32,907 bases of DNA from Oscillospiraceae bacterium (lineage in GTDB: Bacteria; Bacillota; Clostridia; Oscillospirales; Ruminococcaceae), in NCBI GenBank assembly GCA_045595985.1, contig JAZOBK010000098.1, positions 1 through 32,907 of the forward strand. Direction: 5' to 3'. The notes under the pieces were generated by a model. It ran no database searches. It saw nothing but the letters and a program-made list of their open reading frames with translations, and was not told where the DNA came from. Numbering within the stretch: position 1 is the first letter of the stretch; the number at the start of each line of letters is the position of its first letter. Both the position numbers and the translations under genes were made by a program. Below, piece after piece: positions 18,879 to 27,710 of this stretch.

Positions 18879-20384
18879 TTAATATATCGGGCTTGTCCGA
18901 AACGGTGCCAGCGGCAGTCCGTTTTTTGCAAACACCGTCACAGCGGTGTAATTCCGCCAGCCGTACCTTGCTGCCACAGGATGGGGAACATCCTGACTTT
19001 GTACAAGGATCGTATCCTCGTTAATCTGTGCCTGTGCGGGGTGCCATACGCCATCCGTGCCGCAGATCTCAAATCCGCCCTCGTCCCGTGCTTCCAGTCC
19101 GCATTCCGCATGGTCAAAAAACAGCCGCAATCTGCCGTTTTCGGGGAGTGCATAGCGAAGCGTCGGTGCACAGGTATCCTCCGTCTGCAATCCGTATACA
19201 CGGTACAGTGCCTGCAAATACAGTCTGTGGGCAGGCGTCTGTTTATCTTTCGGGTGGATCTCATTCCATTCGCCGCACTCAAGGATCACCGCCAGCCCCG
19301 TATTCCGGATATTGCGATACACTTGTTCCTGTGCCTCACGGATACCGCACCAGTTCGTCAGATCAGGGTTGTCGTCCACGCCGTAGATCGGCAGCTGGAC
19401 AAGCAGAAACGGCATTTCCTCGTCACGGAAATCCTGCCGCCACTGGCGGATGAGTGATGTCAGCAGCAGATAGTAGCCATCGGGACGGTGATCGTCCGAT
19501 TCCCCCTGATAGTACAGCACGCCACGCAGCGTGTACGGGATGATGCGGCTCACCATCGTGTCGTACAGACCGTGCGGCCGCAGGGGATTTTTCGGAGCGT
19601 GCGGCCCGGGGTATCGGTTATCACCGCAGATCTTCAGAACCTCCGACCATTTGATATTGGGATTTGCCGCATAGCATTCCGCCGCACGTTCATTCCATTT
19701 GACATGGTAATCCATGTATTCGTCATAGGCACGATCGGCTTCTTCATCAGTCAGCCCCGCCGTGCCTTTGGCATAATCTTCCAGATACAGTCTGCCCACC
19801 GCAGTTTCCGAGAGCATTTCCCGGCTCATCCATGCACTTGCGGAGGTTCCGCCGTAATTGCAGTTCACCAGTCCCACCGTCACGCCGAGCTTCTGTGCAA
19901 GCTCACGGGCGAAGTAATAGCCCACCGCCGACCAGTAGGGACAGGTGTCAGCCGAAGGGAGATTCCAGCAGGATGCGGATTCTTCCTTGTAGAACTGTTC
20001 GTCAAAAAAACCACGCTTGCAGACATGGTAGAGCCGCACATTGCTGCTGTCGCAGGAATCCAGTGCATCCGGTGCACCGTTTGCATCTTTCAGATTCAGC
20101 TCCATATTGGACTGCCCGCCGCAGAGCCAAACTTCTCCAACCATAATATCGGACAGTGCGAGCGTGTCCGTTCCGTCCGAAACGGAAAGCGTGTACGGGC
20201 CTCCCGCAGGCAGGGGCGGCAGGATGATCTCCCATCTGCCGTTCAGAGCAGGGGAGCTTTTGTATACGAGGTTGCCCATTGTGAGGGCAACGACTGCACC
20301 GTCCGTGCAGGAACCCCAGATACAAACGGGCTTCTCACGCTGCAGTACAGCGTGATCCGTAAAAATGGGAGCGAGCGTCATCAT
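18879..20384 (-). CDS. SASA/DUF303-type carbohydrate (sialate-like) O-acetylesterase
   Basis: GEVWLCGGQSNME motif and overall SGNH-like layout. The start overlaps the rex stop (ATGA). Confidence 0.75.
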   Translation of the reverse strand: MMTLAPIFTDHAVLQREKPVCIWGSCTDGAVVALTMGNLVYKSSPALNGRWEIILPPLPAGGPYTLSVSDGTDTLALSDIMVGEVWLCGGQSNMELNLKDANGAPDALDSCDSSNVRLYHVCKRGFFDEQFYKEESASCWNLPSADTCPYWSAVGYYFARELAQKLGVTVGLVNCNYGGTSASAWMSREMLSETAVGRLYLEDYAKGTAGLTDEEADRAYDEYMDYHVKWNERAAECYAANPNIKWSEVLKICGDNRYPGPHAPKNPLRPHGLYDTMVSRIIPYTLRGVLYYQGESDDHRPDGYYLLLTSLIRQWRQDFRDEEMPFLLVQLPIYGVDDNPDLTNWCGIREAQEQVYRNIRNTGLAVILECGEWNEIHPKDKQTPAHRLYLQALYRVYGLQTEDTCAPTLRYALPENGRLRLFFDHAECGLEARDEGGFEICGTDGVWHPAQAQINEDTILVQSQDVPHPVAARYGWRNYTAVTVFAKNGLPLAPFRTSPIY

Positions 20385-21064
20385 TGAGTATCTTCCTTTC
20401 CGGCTTCCTGCTGCATCATCTGTTCAAGGTCGTGGGAAATCATGGCAAGAGATACAGCGAGATTCTCATTATGTACAATGACGTTTTCCGGTGTTTCAAG
20501 ATGTGCTGTGGAGAAATTCCAGATCGCACGAATATCACCCTCCAGCATGGTATTGCAGACGCCCTGTGCCTGATCGGGCTTTGTGGTAATGATGCCGATG
20601 TGCACATGGATGAGCTTGCAGATGTGGGGCAGATCCTGAATGTTGTAAATGCGGATGCCCGCAATCTCCGTGCCGATCTTGTTCGGATCGTTGTCAAATG
20701 CCGCAGCGATCCGCATACCACAGGCTTCAAATCCGCTGAAGGAAAGCAGGGAACTGCCGAGCTGTCCGACGCCGACGAGGATCGCCTCCTTTGTGCTGCG
20801 GTAGCCGAGGAAATCCTCCAGATCCGCTATCAGCTTTACAATGTTGTAGCCTGTTTTCGGTCTGCCGCCGTTTTTGCTGGCAGCCGACAGATCCTTTCGC
20901 ACCTGCACCTCGTTGAGTCCGAGTGCAGTCGCAACGGATGTTGCGGAAATGGTTTTCTTTCCTGCTGCTGCCTGTGTTTTCAGGTAATTCAGATAGATCG
21001 GCAGACGGCGAAGCGTGGGTTTGGATACCTCACGGCTTGTGGGATCGTTCTGTTTCATATTCAT
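20381..21064 (-). CDS. rex: redox-sensing transcriptional repressor Rex
   Basis: SKPTLRRLPIYLNYL wHTH, a Rossmann VGVGQLGSSL motif and a typical length. Confidence 0.9.
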   Translation of the reverse strand: MNMKQNDPTSREVSKPTLRRLPIYLNYLKTQAAAGKKTISATSVATALGLNEVQVRKDLSAASKNGGRPKTGYNIVKLIADLEDFLGYRSTKEAILVGVGQLGSSLLSFSGFEACGMRIAAAFDNDPNKIGTEIAGIRIYNIQDLPHICKLIHVHIGIITTKPDQAQGVCNTMLEGDIRAIWNFSTAHLETPENVIVHNENLAVSLAMISHDLEQMMQQEAGKEDTQ

Positions 21065-21122
21065 AAAAACCCCCTGTTCAGGTGAAAATACATGGGACTA
21101 TCCCGATATTTCTTCCTTTTTA

Positions 21123-21151
21123 ATTATACTACAGTGCATTCACTTTGTCAA
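21123..21151 (-). promoter_or_regulatory. consensus sigma-A promoter upstream of rex
   Basis: On the minus strand: TTGACA, 17 nt, TATAAT. Confidence 0.55.
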
Positions 21152-21201
21152 TGCAAATCGTAAAAGTGCTTCGAAAACCGAATTCCTGAACCGAAACGTC
21201 C

Positions 21202-21738
21202 TTACAGCTCATAAACCCGAAGCTCACAGTTGCCCATGAAGAAGTGCATGAACCTGTCCACCGTCATATCGTGGAAATAGCTGTCGATCACCCGACAGAT
21301 GCCGCCGTGACAAACAAGCAGCACGTTTTCGTCGGGATACAGCCGTTTGACGTCGTCGATCACGTTGTATGTACGCTGCACCACCTGAAAGACGGATTCG
21401 CCGCCGTCCGGCATCTTGCAGCCGAATTCAGCTTTGGTTTCGGAAAATCCCTTCGTGAAGCGGCTTTTGCCCTCAAAGCTGCCGTAGTCCCATTCCGTCA
21501 GCCGTTCATCCGTCTGCACGGGAAGTCCCAGTGTTTCCGCCGCAATGTTTGCCGTCATTTGTGCCCGTTTTAGAGGGGATGCGATAATGCGGTGAATATC
21601 ACCGTATTCCAGAGCCTTCTTTGCCATTGCCCTTGCCTGTGCAATGCCCTCCTCAGTCAGCAGAATATCCGTTACGCCGCTGATGCGGTCAAGTGCATTC
21701 CATTCGGTTTGCCCGTGTCTGGTTACATATAGTTTCAT
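21202..21738 (-). CDS. histidine phosphatase family protein (PGM/CobC-like)
   Basis: MKLYVTRHGQTEWN RHG motif and a C-terminal CHGG motif. Confidence 0.85.
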   Translation of the reverse strand: MKLYVTRHGQTEWNALDRISGVTDILLTEEGIAQARAMAKKALEYGDIHRIIASPLKRAQMTANIAAETLGLPVQTDERLTEWDYGSFEGKSRFTKGFSETKAEFGCKMPDGGESVFQVVQRTYNVIDDVKRLYPDENVLLVCHGGICRVIDSYFHDMTVDRFMHFFMGNCELRVYEL

Positions 21739-21780
21739 AGCTTGCCTCCGTATGTATACGCTGCATTCGCAGCGTGAGTA

Positions 21781-22221
21781 TTATTGCAAAAAGAAATAGT
21801 AAATGACGCCATACACCACCGATGCCGCACAGCCATACAGGATGACAGGTCCTGCAATGGTGAAGATCTTCGCACCGACGCCGAGGACAAAGCCCTCCGA
21901 TTTGGATTCGATGGCACTGGAGGAAATGGCATTTGCAAATCCCGTGATCGGCACGAGCGTTCCTGCACCTGCGTGCTTTGCAAGCTGTTCGTAGATGCCG
22001 AAGCCCGTCAGCAGAGCACTGAGGGACACCAGTGTAATGGAAGTCCATGCCGCTGCTGCGTCCTTTTCGAGTCCCAGTGCACTGTAGCCCTCCAGCAGGA
22101 GCTGTCCGACCACACAGATCAGACCGCCGATCAGAAATGCCATGGGGATGTTGATATAGCTTTTGGAGGGCGGCGACGCCTGTTTTTGCATTTTTTGGTA
22201 TTCTTCGGGTGTTACTTTCAT
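21781..22221 (-). CDS. spoVAC: stage V sporulation protein AC
   Basis: Characteristic SpoVAC sequence (…GAGTLVPITGFAN…GPVILYG…). The ATG at 22221 follows AGGTGA; a GTG at 22230 is an alternative start. Confidence 0.85.
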   Translation of the reverse strand: MKVTPEEYQKMQKQASPPSKSYINIPMAFLIGGLICVVGQLLLEGYSALGLEKDAAAAWTSITLVSLSALLTGFGIYEQLAKHAGAGTLVPITGFANAISSSAIESKSEGFVLGVGAKIFTIAGPVILYGCAASVVYGVIYYFFLQ

Positions 22222-22271
22222 ACCCTTCACCTGCCTTTCGTGAAAAGTATGCCCATTTTCTGCAAATTTAC

Positions 22272-22300
22272 TTGCAGAAAACGATTTTTTGTGCTATGAT
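22272..22300 (+). promoter_or_regulatory. candidate promoter of the two-component operon
   Basis: TTGCAG, 17 nt, TATGAT, with a TGn extension. The -35 lies inside an 8-bp inverted repeat. Confidence 0.35.
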
Positions 22301-22434
22301 TATAGTATAGCATAATTCTGCGGTTTCTGCAATGCTTTTTTGCACTGCTGATGAGATTCAAGCTTATTTCAAGCTCCTGCTGCTAAACTGAAAGCAGGGG
22401 ATGCTGTATCCCACTGCATGAGGAGGGAACTGAT

Positions 22435-23109
22435 ATGAAAATACTGATTGTTGAAGATGAAGTGGCTCTTGCCGAGGCATTGAGTGAGATTCTGAAACGA
22501 AACAAATATACGGTCGATGCCGTGCATGACGGAGAGGACGGTCTGGAATACGCCCTGACGGGTATCTATGACTGCATTATACTGGACATCATGCTGCCGA
22601 AAATGAACGGTCTTGATGTGCTGCGGATTCTCCGGAGCAAGCATATTTCCACGCCCGTTCTGCTGCTTACGGCAAAATCCGACATCGAGGACAAGATCAA
22701 CGGACTTGACAGCGGTGCGGATGATTTTCTCACAAAGCCCTTTGTTACGGGCGAACTGCTCGCCCGTGTCCGTGCGTTGATGCGTAGAAAGGGCGAGGTG
22801 ATCACCGATCAGTTCACATTCGGTGACATTGCACTGAACAAGAGCACCTTCAGCCTGAGCCGTAACGGACAGTTCGTCAAGCTGAGTCTGAAGGAATATC
22901 AGATCATGGAAATGATGATGGCAAACCCCAGACAGCTCATTCCAAAGGAACGTTTTATTGAGAAGATCTGGGGCTACGAGAGCGACGTGGAATACAATAA
23001 CGTGGAGGTTTACATATCCTTTTTGCGTAAAAAACTCACGGTTCTGGAATCCACGGTGATGATCCGTACTGCAAGAGGTATCGGGTATTTTCTGGAAGGC
23101 GGCGGTTGA
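22435..23109 (+). CDS. OmpR/PhoB family response regulator
   Basis: MKILIVEDE…DCIILDIMLP receiver domain and a C-terminal winged-helix domain (…VEVYISFLRKKL…IRTARGIGY). Confidence 0.9.
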   Translation: MKILIVEDEVALAEALSEILKRNKYTVDAVHDGEDGLEYALTGIYDCIILDIMLPKMNGLDVLRILRSKHISTPVLLLTAKSDIEDKINGLDSGADDFLTKPFVTGELLARVRALMRRKGEVITDQFTFGDIALNKSTFSLSRNGQFVKLSLKEYQIMEMMMANPRQLIPKERFIEKIWGYESDVEYNNVEVYISFLRKKLTVLESTVMIRTARGIGYFLEGGG

Positions 23110-23110
23110 A

Positions 23111-24856
23111 ATGAAGTTGTTTCCCAAACTGAAATTTGATATGATCCTGCTGATGCAGCTGAAATTTGTTGCGGTTGCAATGATCATTCTGATCGCCGTA
23201 TTTCTGGTCATGCTCAGTTCCATCAATATGATGATGCGTACTGTCAGCCAATCCCAGTCCCACCGACTGCTGGTACAGATTGCGGAAAGCGACCGTTACG
23301 ACACGTTGGAACCACCGGACGACTACAGGGGAGAACCACCCGTTCTCCCGCTGTCCGCAGGCAGCTCAAGTATGGGCGGAATTATGATGCTTGCGGAGAG
23401 CAACTGGTGGGAAGGCGGCTGGGGTCAGGAAGGTGGCTGGGGCGAACCCGAAAATCAGGAAACTACAGCACCGCCTGCAACGCAGCCGCAGTATATTCCC
23501 TTCCCTCCGCCATGGCCCGGCTGGGAAGGCTGGCAGCCTCCGTATCCTCCCAATCCTGAAACAAGTCCGCAGGAAACAAGTCCGCAGCAGGAAACACGTC
23601 CGCAGCAGGAAACACGTCCGCAGCCGACCAATCCTGTTCCACCGGCAACGTCCGTACCGCCTGCAAATACCAAGGTTACCACGACCGTACCTTCACAGGT
23701 GCCTGCCGTAATCGAAACACCGAAACAGACGCAGCCTCCCTCAACGAATCCGCCCACGGAAGCCGCAAAAACGGAATCCTCAACGGAAACGGAAACGACC
23801 ACACAGACCACAACGACCACCACCCCCGCACCTCCGCCAAAACCCGACAAATGGAACCTGACCATTTCGATCGACCATTTTGCATTGTTTGTCGGAAAGA
23901 ATAGTGAATACCTCGGACTGCGTAATACGGAGGATTATACTGACGAACAGGCAGAGGAGATCATGCAGGGGATTATCAAAACGGGAGAGCGTCAGGGAAT
24001 GTACGGCTGGCTGCAGTATTATACCACGCCAAAGGATTATGGCACGCTGATTCTGGTGACGGACAAGACCTCCGATCAGGGACTGCTGAACAATCTGTTC
24101 CGCATTACCGTACTGGTGGGCTGCCTGATGCTGATCGTGCTGTTTGTAGTGCTCTGCATTCTTTCCAAGTGGATCACCACGCCCGTGCAGACGGCATTTG
24201 CAAGACAGAAACAGTTTGTATCGGACGCCGGACATGAGCTGAAAACACCGCTGACGATTCTTTCCGCCAATGCGGACATTCTGCAGGATGAGATCGGCGA
24301 AAACAAGTGGCTCGGCTATATGCAGGAGCAGACCGGACGCATGAATCAGCTTGTGGGCGACCTTTTGCGGCTTGCACGCATGGACAATGCAGTGCAGGAA
24401 TATGAGCTTGTACCGTTCAACCTGAGTATGGCGGTCAATGCCACGGCACTGCCGTTTGAGAGTCAGGCGTTTGAGCTGAACAAGAATCTGGAGCTGGACA
24501 TCCAGCCCGGTGTGGAATACTGCGGAAGTGAACAGCACATTCGTCAGCTGATTGCGATTTTCATAGATAATGCAATGAAGTATTCCGACGAAAACGGCAT
24601 CATCAAGGTCACGCTTCTCAAGCGAGGGGACAAGTGCGTGCTGGAATTCTATAATACGGGCTGTGAAATTTCTCCCTCTGAAACCGAAAAGATGTTTGAA
24701 CGTTTTTACCGCGGCGATAAGGCGAGAAACAACAAGGGCAAGAGCGGCTACGGTCTGGGACTTGCCATTGCCAAGAGCATTATGGAAATTCACAAAATCA
24801 AAATTCACGTCACTTGTGAGCAGGGAAGATGGATACGCTTTCTGCTGACGATGTGA
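23111..24856 (+). CDS. sensor histidine kinase with a low-complexity extracytoplasmic loop
   Basis: H-box SDAGHELKTPLT, N-box DNAMKY and G-box GYGLGLAIAKS. Two TM segments flank a roughly 280-aa P/T/Q/W/G-rich region. Confidence 0.9.
   Translation: MKLFPKLKFDMILLMQLKFVAVAMIILIAVFLVMLSSINMMMRTVSQSQSHRLLVQIAESDRYDTLEPPDDYRGEPPVLPLSAGSSSMGGIMMLAESNWWEGGWGQEGGWGEPENQETTAPPATQPQYIPFPPPWPGWEGWQPPYPPNPETSPQETSPQQETRPQQETRPQPTNPVPPATSVPPANTKVTTTVPSQVPAVIETPKQTQPPSTNPPTEAAKTESSTETETTTQTTTTTTPAPPPKPDKWNLTISIDHFALFVGKNSEYLGLRNTEDYTDEQAEEIMQGIIKTGERQGMYGWLQYYTTPKDYGTLILVTDKTSDQGLLNNLFRITVLVGCLMLIVLFVVLCILSKWITTPVQTAFARQKQFVSDAGHELKTPLTILSANADILQDEIGENKWLGYMQEQTGRMNQLVGDLLRLARMDNAVQEYELVPFNLSMAVNATALPFESQAFELNKNLELDIQPGVEYCGSEQHIRQLIAIFIDNAMKYSDENGIIKVTLLKRGDKCVLEFYNTGCEISPSETEKMFERFYRGDKARNNKGKSGYGLGLAIAKSIMEIHKIKIHVTCEQGRWIRFLLTM
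23558..23626 (+). repeat. in-frame tandem 15/18-nt repeats inside the kinase sensor loop
   Basis: GAAACAAGTCCGCAG / GAAACAAGTCCGCAGCAG / GAAACACGTCCGCAGCAG / GAAACACGTCCGCAGCCG, encoding ETSPQ-ETSPQQ-ETRPQQ-ETRPQP. Confidence 0.85.
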
Positions 24857-24874
24857 TGGTAAAGGAGAATCATC

Positions 24875-25396
24875 ATGAATACACTGTACGAAGCGATTGT
24901 ATCACGCCGCAGCATCAAATCCTACACGGCTCAGCAGGTTCCGCAGGAGCTTCTGGAAAAGGTGATTGAAGCGGGACGCTATGCACCCACGGGTATGAAT
25001 GCCATGTCGCCCATTTTCATTGCTGTGCAAAATCCAGAGGTGATCGCAAAGCTGTCGAAAATGAATGCCGCAGTAATGGGATTTGACGGCGATCCGTTCT
25101 ATGGTGCACCCACGGTGGTGCTGGTGCTTGCCAACCGTGAACGCAGTACATGGCTGCAGGACGGTTCCCTTGCGATGGAGAATCTCCAGCTTGCCGCACA
25201 CGCACTGGGACTGGGAAGCTGCTGGATCCATCGCTGCTATGAGATGTTTGAGAGCGATGAAGGAAAGGCACTTCTGAGAGAATGGGGCGTGGAGGGCGAT
25301 TACGCAGGTGTTGGCTGCTGCATTCTCGGCTACGCCGCAGGTGAACCGAAGCCCCGCACAGAACGTCGGGAGAATCAGGTGTTTTATGTGAAGTAA
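24875..25396 (+). CDS. nitroreductase family protein
   Basis: …IVSRRSIKSYT…EAGRYAPTGMN… is the typical NfnB/NfsA-like fold signature. GGAG RBS. Confidence 0.85.
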   Translation: MNTLYEAIVSRRSIKSYTAQQVPQELLEKVIEAGRYAPTGMNAMSPIFIAVQNPEVIAKLSKMNAAVMGFDGDPFYGAPTVVLVLANRERSTWLQDGSLAMENLQLAAHALGLGSCWIHRCYEMFESDEGKALLREWGVEGDYAGVGCCILGYAAGEPKPRTERRENQVFYVK

Positions 25397-25464
25397 GGAC
25401 GGATAGATAAGCTTTCAGCCTGTAGAAAAAGTCCTTTTTCTTAGGGATAGGCATCCTGTGATTG

Positions 25465-25512
25465 CCCCACCCCAACCCCTCCCCGAGGGGAGGGGCTTTC
25501 TCCCCACTCCCC
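25465..25512. repeat. C4/G4-tract element with an embedded perfect palindrome
   Basis: CCCCACCCCAACCCCTCCCC-GA-GGGGAGGGG-CTTTCTCCCCACTCCCC. The arms CCCCTCCCC/GGGGAGGGG (25476-25495) are self-complementary. Confidence 0.7.
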
Positions 25513-25549
25513 ATTTTGAGGTTTTTCGACAGACTGAAGCTTTAATTTC

Positions 25550-25580
25550 GCTCCCGATGCACCACATCTGCATCGGGAGC
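25550..25580. terminator. 12-bp perfect stem hairpin
   Basis: GCTCCCGATGCA-ccacatc-TGCATCGGGAGC, in the intergenic region downstream of the nitroreductase. Confidence 0.45.
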
Positions 25581-25610
25581 ATCTCATTTACGCATGATCC
25601 GCAAAATCCC

Positions 25611-25639
25611 TTGCAATCCCACGCAGAATATGCTATAAT
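25611..25639 (+). promoter_or_regulatory. sigma-A promoter of glf
   Basis: TTGCAA, 17 nt, TATAAT, with a TGn extension. Confidence 0.5.
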
Positions 25640-25684
25640 AACAATAACCGCTGCGGCGGAAACTGAAATTTGATGGGAAGTACT

Positions 25685-26839
25685 ATGAAACATTATGATT
25701 ATCTGATCGTCGGCACAGGTCTGTTTGGTGCGGTCTTTGCATACGAAGCCGCAAAGCGTGGAAAGACCTGCCTTGTGATCGACAAGCGACCGCACATTGC
25801 CGGCAATATTTATACCCAAAAACTCACCGATGAAGGACTGGAGGGCATCAGCCGGCACGTCTATGGTGCCCATATTTTCCATACGCACAGCAAGGAAATC
25901 TGGGAGTATGTGAATCAGTTTTGTGAGTTCAACAATTATGTCAATTCCCCCGTTGCCATCTATCACAATCCCGAAACGGACGAGGATGAGCTGTACAACC
26001 TGCCGTTCAATATGAACACGTTCTACCAGCTGTTCGGTACGAAAACCCCTGCGGAAGCCAAGGCTGCCATTCAGAAGGAGATCGACGAGTGCGGTATTAC
26101 GGGAGAACCGAGGAATCTTGAGGAGCAGGGGATGCGTCTGAGCAAAACCGTGTTTACAAAGCTCGTCAAGGAATATACCGAAAAACAATGGCAGCGTGAC
26201 TGCAGTGAGCTGCCCGCAAGCACGATTCAAAGACTGCCGTTCCGCTTCCGTTATGACAACAACTACTTCAACGACCGCTATCAGGGAATTCCCATCGGCG
26301 GCTACACGCAGATCGTCGAGAAAATGCTGGCGGATGAGAAGATCGACGTGCTGCTGGAAACGGATTATTTTGAATTCATTAAAACAACGGACGCAGTATT
26401 CGGAAAAACCGTGTACACGGGACAGATCGACGCATTCTTTGGATTCAGCCTCGGCAGGCTCAACTGGCGTACTGTGTATTTTGAAGATGAAGTGCACGAT
26501 ACTGACAATTATCAGGGCAATGCGGTGGTGAATTACACCTCCCATGACCGCCCGTGGACGAGGATCATCGAGCATAAATTCTTTGAGATCGAAAGCTATG
26601 CGGATACACCCAGAACGCTGATCTCCAAGGAATATTCGACGGAGTGGAAGGATGGCATGGAGCCGTACTATCCTGTGAATGATGAGAAAAACACGGCACT
26701 GTATGCACAGTACAAGGCACTTGCGGACGCACGGGAAAATGTGATTTTCGGCGGCAGACTGGGCTTGTACAAGTACTACGATATGGACGACTGCATTATG
26801 GCGGCACTGGATGCAGTGCGTGCTGAATTCGGTGAATAA
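25685..26839 (+). CDS. glf: UDP-galactopyranose mutase
   Basis: MKHYDYLIVGTGLFGAVFAYEAAKRGK…IDKRPHIAGN FAD-binding N-terminus, and the overall Glf sequence through to …GRLGLYKYYDMD. Confidence 0.9.
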   Translation: MKHYDYLIVGTGLFGAVFAYEAAKRGKTCLVIDKRPHIAGNIYTQKLTDEGLEGISRHVYGAHIFHTHSKEIWEYVNQFCEFNNYVNSPVAIYHNPETDEDELYNLPFNMNTFYQLFGTKTPAEAKAAIQKEIDECGITGEPRNLEEQGMRLSKTVFTKLVKEYTEKQWQRDCSELPASTIQRLPFRFRYDNNYFNDRYQGIPIGGYTQIVEKMLADEKIDVLLETDYFEFIKTTDAVFGKTVYTGQIDAFFGFSLGRLNWRTVYFEDEVHDTDNYQGNAVVNYTSHDRPWTRIIEHKFFEIESYADTPRTLISKEYSTEWKDGMEPYYPVNDEKNTALYAQYKALADARENVIFGGRLGLYKYYDMDDCIMAALDAVRAEFGE

Positions 26840-26892
26840 GCCTGCGGCGGAATAACCGTTTCTGCGAACAACGGACGGAGAGGAAGATTGTC

Positions 26893-27561
26893 ATGCATGG
26901 AAAAATAATTGTGATCGAGGGGCTTGACGGCTGCGGAAAAACCACCCAGCTGGAGCTGCTGAAGGAGCGTTTCACGGAATGCCGATTTATTACATTCCCG
27001 AATTACGAATCACCGAGCGGTGAACTGATAACGCAGTATCTGCACGGGGAATTCCACGAGGAGGATGTGCAGCGGAGTGCCTATTCCGCAAGTTCGTTCT
27101 ATGCGGTTGACCGTTATGCAAGCTTCAAGAAGGACTGGGAAGCAGATTATCGCTCCGGAAAGACGATCATTTCGGCGAGATACACGACGTCCAACGCATT
27201 CTACCAGATGACAAAGCTTGATCGTGCACAGTGGGCAGAATACTGCAGCTGGCTGTATGATTTTGAGTATGCAAAGCTGGGACTCCCAAGACCGGATGCA
27301 GTCATTTTTCTGGATGTTCCGGTGGAGGTATCGCAGCGTTTGCTGACGGAGCGGTATCAGGGAAATGAGGGAAAGAAGGACATCCACGAAGCGGATGTGA
27401 ACTATCTGAAGAAATGTCGGGATGCGGCGATGTATGCGTATGAGCAGCGTGGAGAAGAATGCTGGTATTTGATCGGATGCTGTGAAAATGGCGAAATGCG
27501 GAGTATTGCCGATATTCAGACGGAAATTGCAGGCGTTGTGCAGCAGCTTGCCGGAAAATAA
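26893..27561 (+). CDS. tmk: thymidylate kinase-like nucleotide kinase
   Basis: P-loop IVIEGLDGCGKTTQ followed by FPNYESPSGELITQYL, which resembles the type I TMPK pattern. The substrate is not proven. Confidence 0.7.
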   Translation: MHGKIIVIEGLDGCGKTTQLELLKERFTECRFITFPNYESPSGELITQYLHGEFHEEDVQRSAYSASSFYAVDRYASFKKDWEADYRSGKTIISARYTTSNAFYQMTKLDRAQWAEYCSWLYDFEYAKLGLPRPDAVIFLDVPVEVSQRLLTERYQGNEGKKDIHEADVNYLKKCRDAAMYAYEQRGEECWYLIGCCENGEMRSIADIQTEIAGVVQQLAGK

Positions 27562-27710
27562 CGGGGGTACACCATGAGAATCACTGTGATTTTCACTGAT
27601 ATTGATGATCACGATCTTCCGCAGAATGAATATGTACTGTGACAAAAAAATCAAAGCAAGGCTTTCTTTTTATACAAGAAATATTTTCTGATAACTTGAG
27701 GTGACCTGCC

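Noticed and set aside
19488-21085. Plus-strand ORFs of 299 aa and 233 aa opposite the esterase and rex.
   Set aside because: They are antisense shadows. Rex and the GGQSNM esterase are unambiguous on the minus strand.
21065-21122. TGTTCAGGTGAAAA upstream of rex as a possible Rex operator.
   Set aside because: The half-sites are in the wrong relative orientation and spacing compared with the TTGTGAA-N-TTCACAA type Rex box, so it cannot be supported.
22369-26575. Minus-strand ORFs opposite the response regulator, the kinase and glf (285 aa, 342 aa and 386 aa).
   Set aside because: They are shadow ORFs. The plus-strand genes carry canonical receiver, H-box/N-box/G-box and FAD-binding motifs.
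27573-27641. 22-codon ORF (MRITVIFTDIDDHDLPQNEYVL) and an AATCAC-T-GTGATT palindrome after the tmk-like gene.
   Set aside because: It is too short and has no RBS or other supporting context. It was noted only as intergenic sequence.
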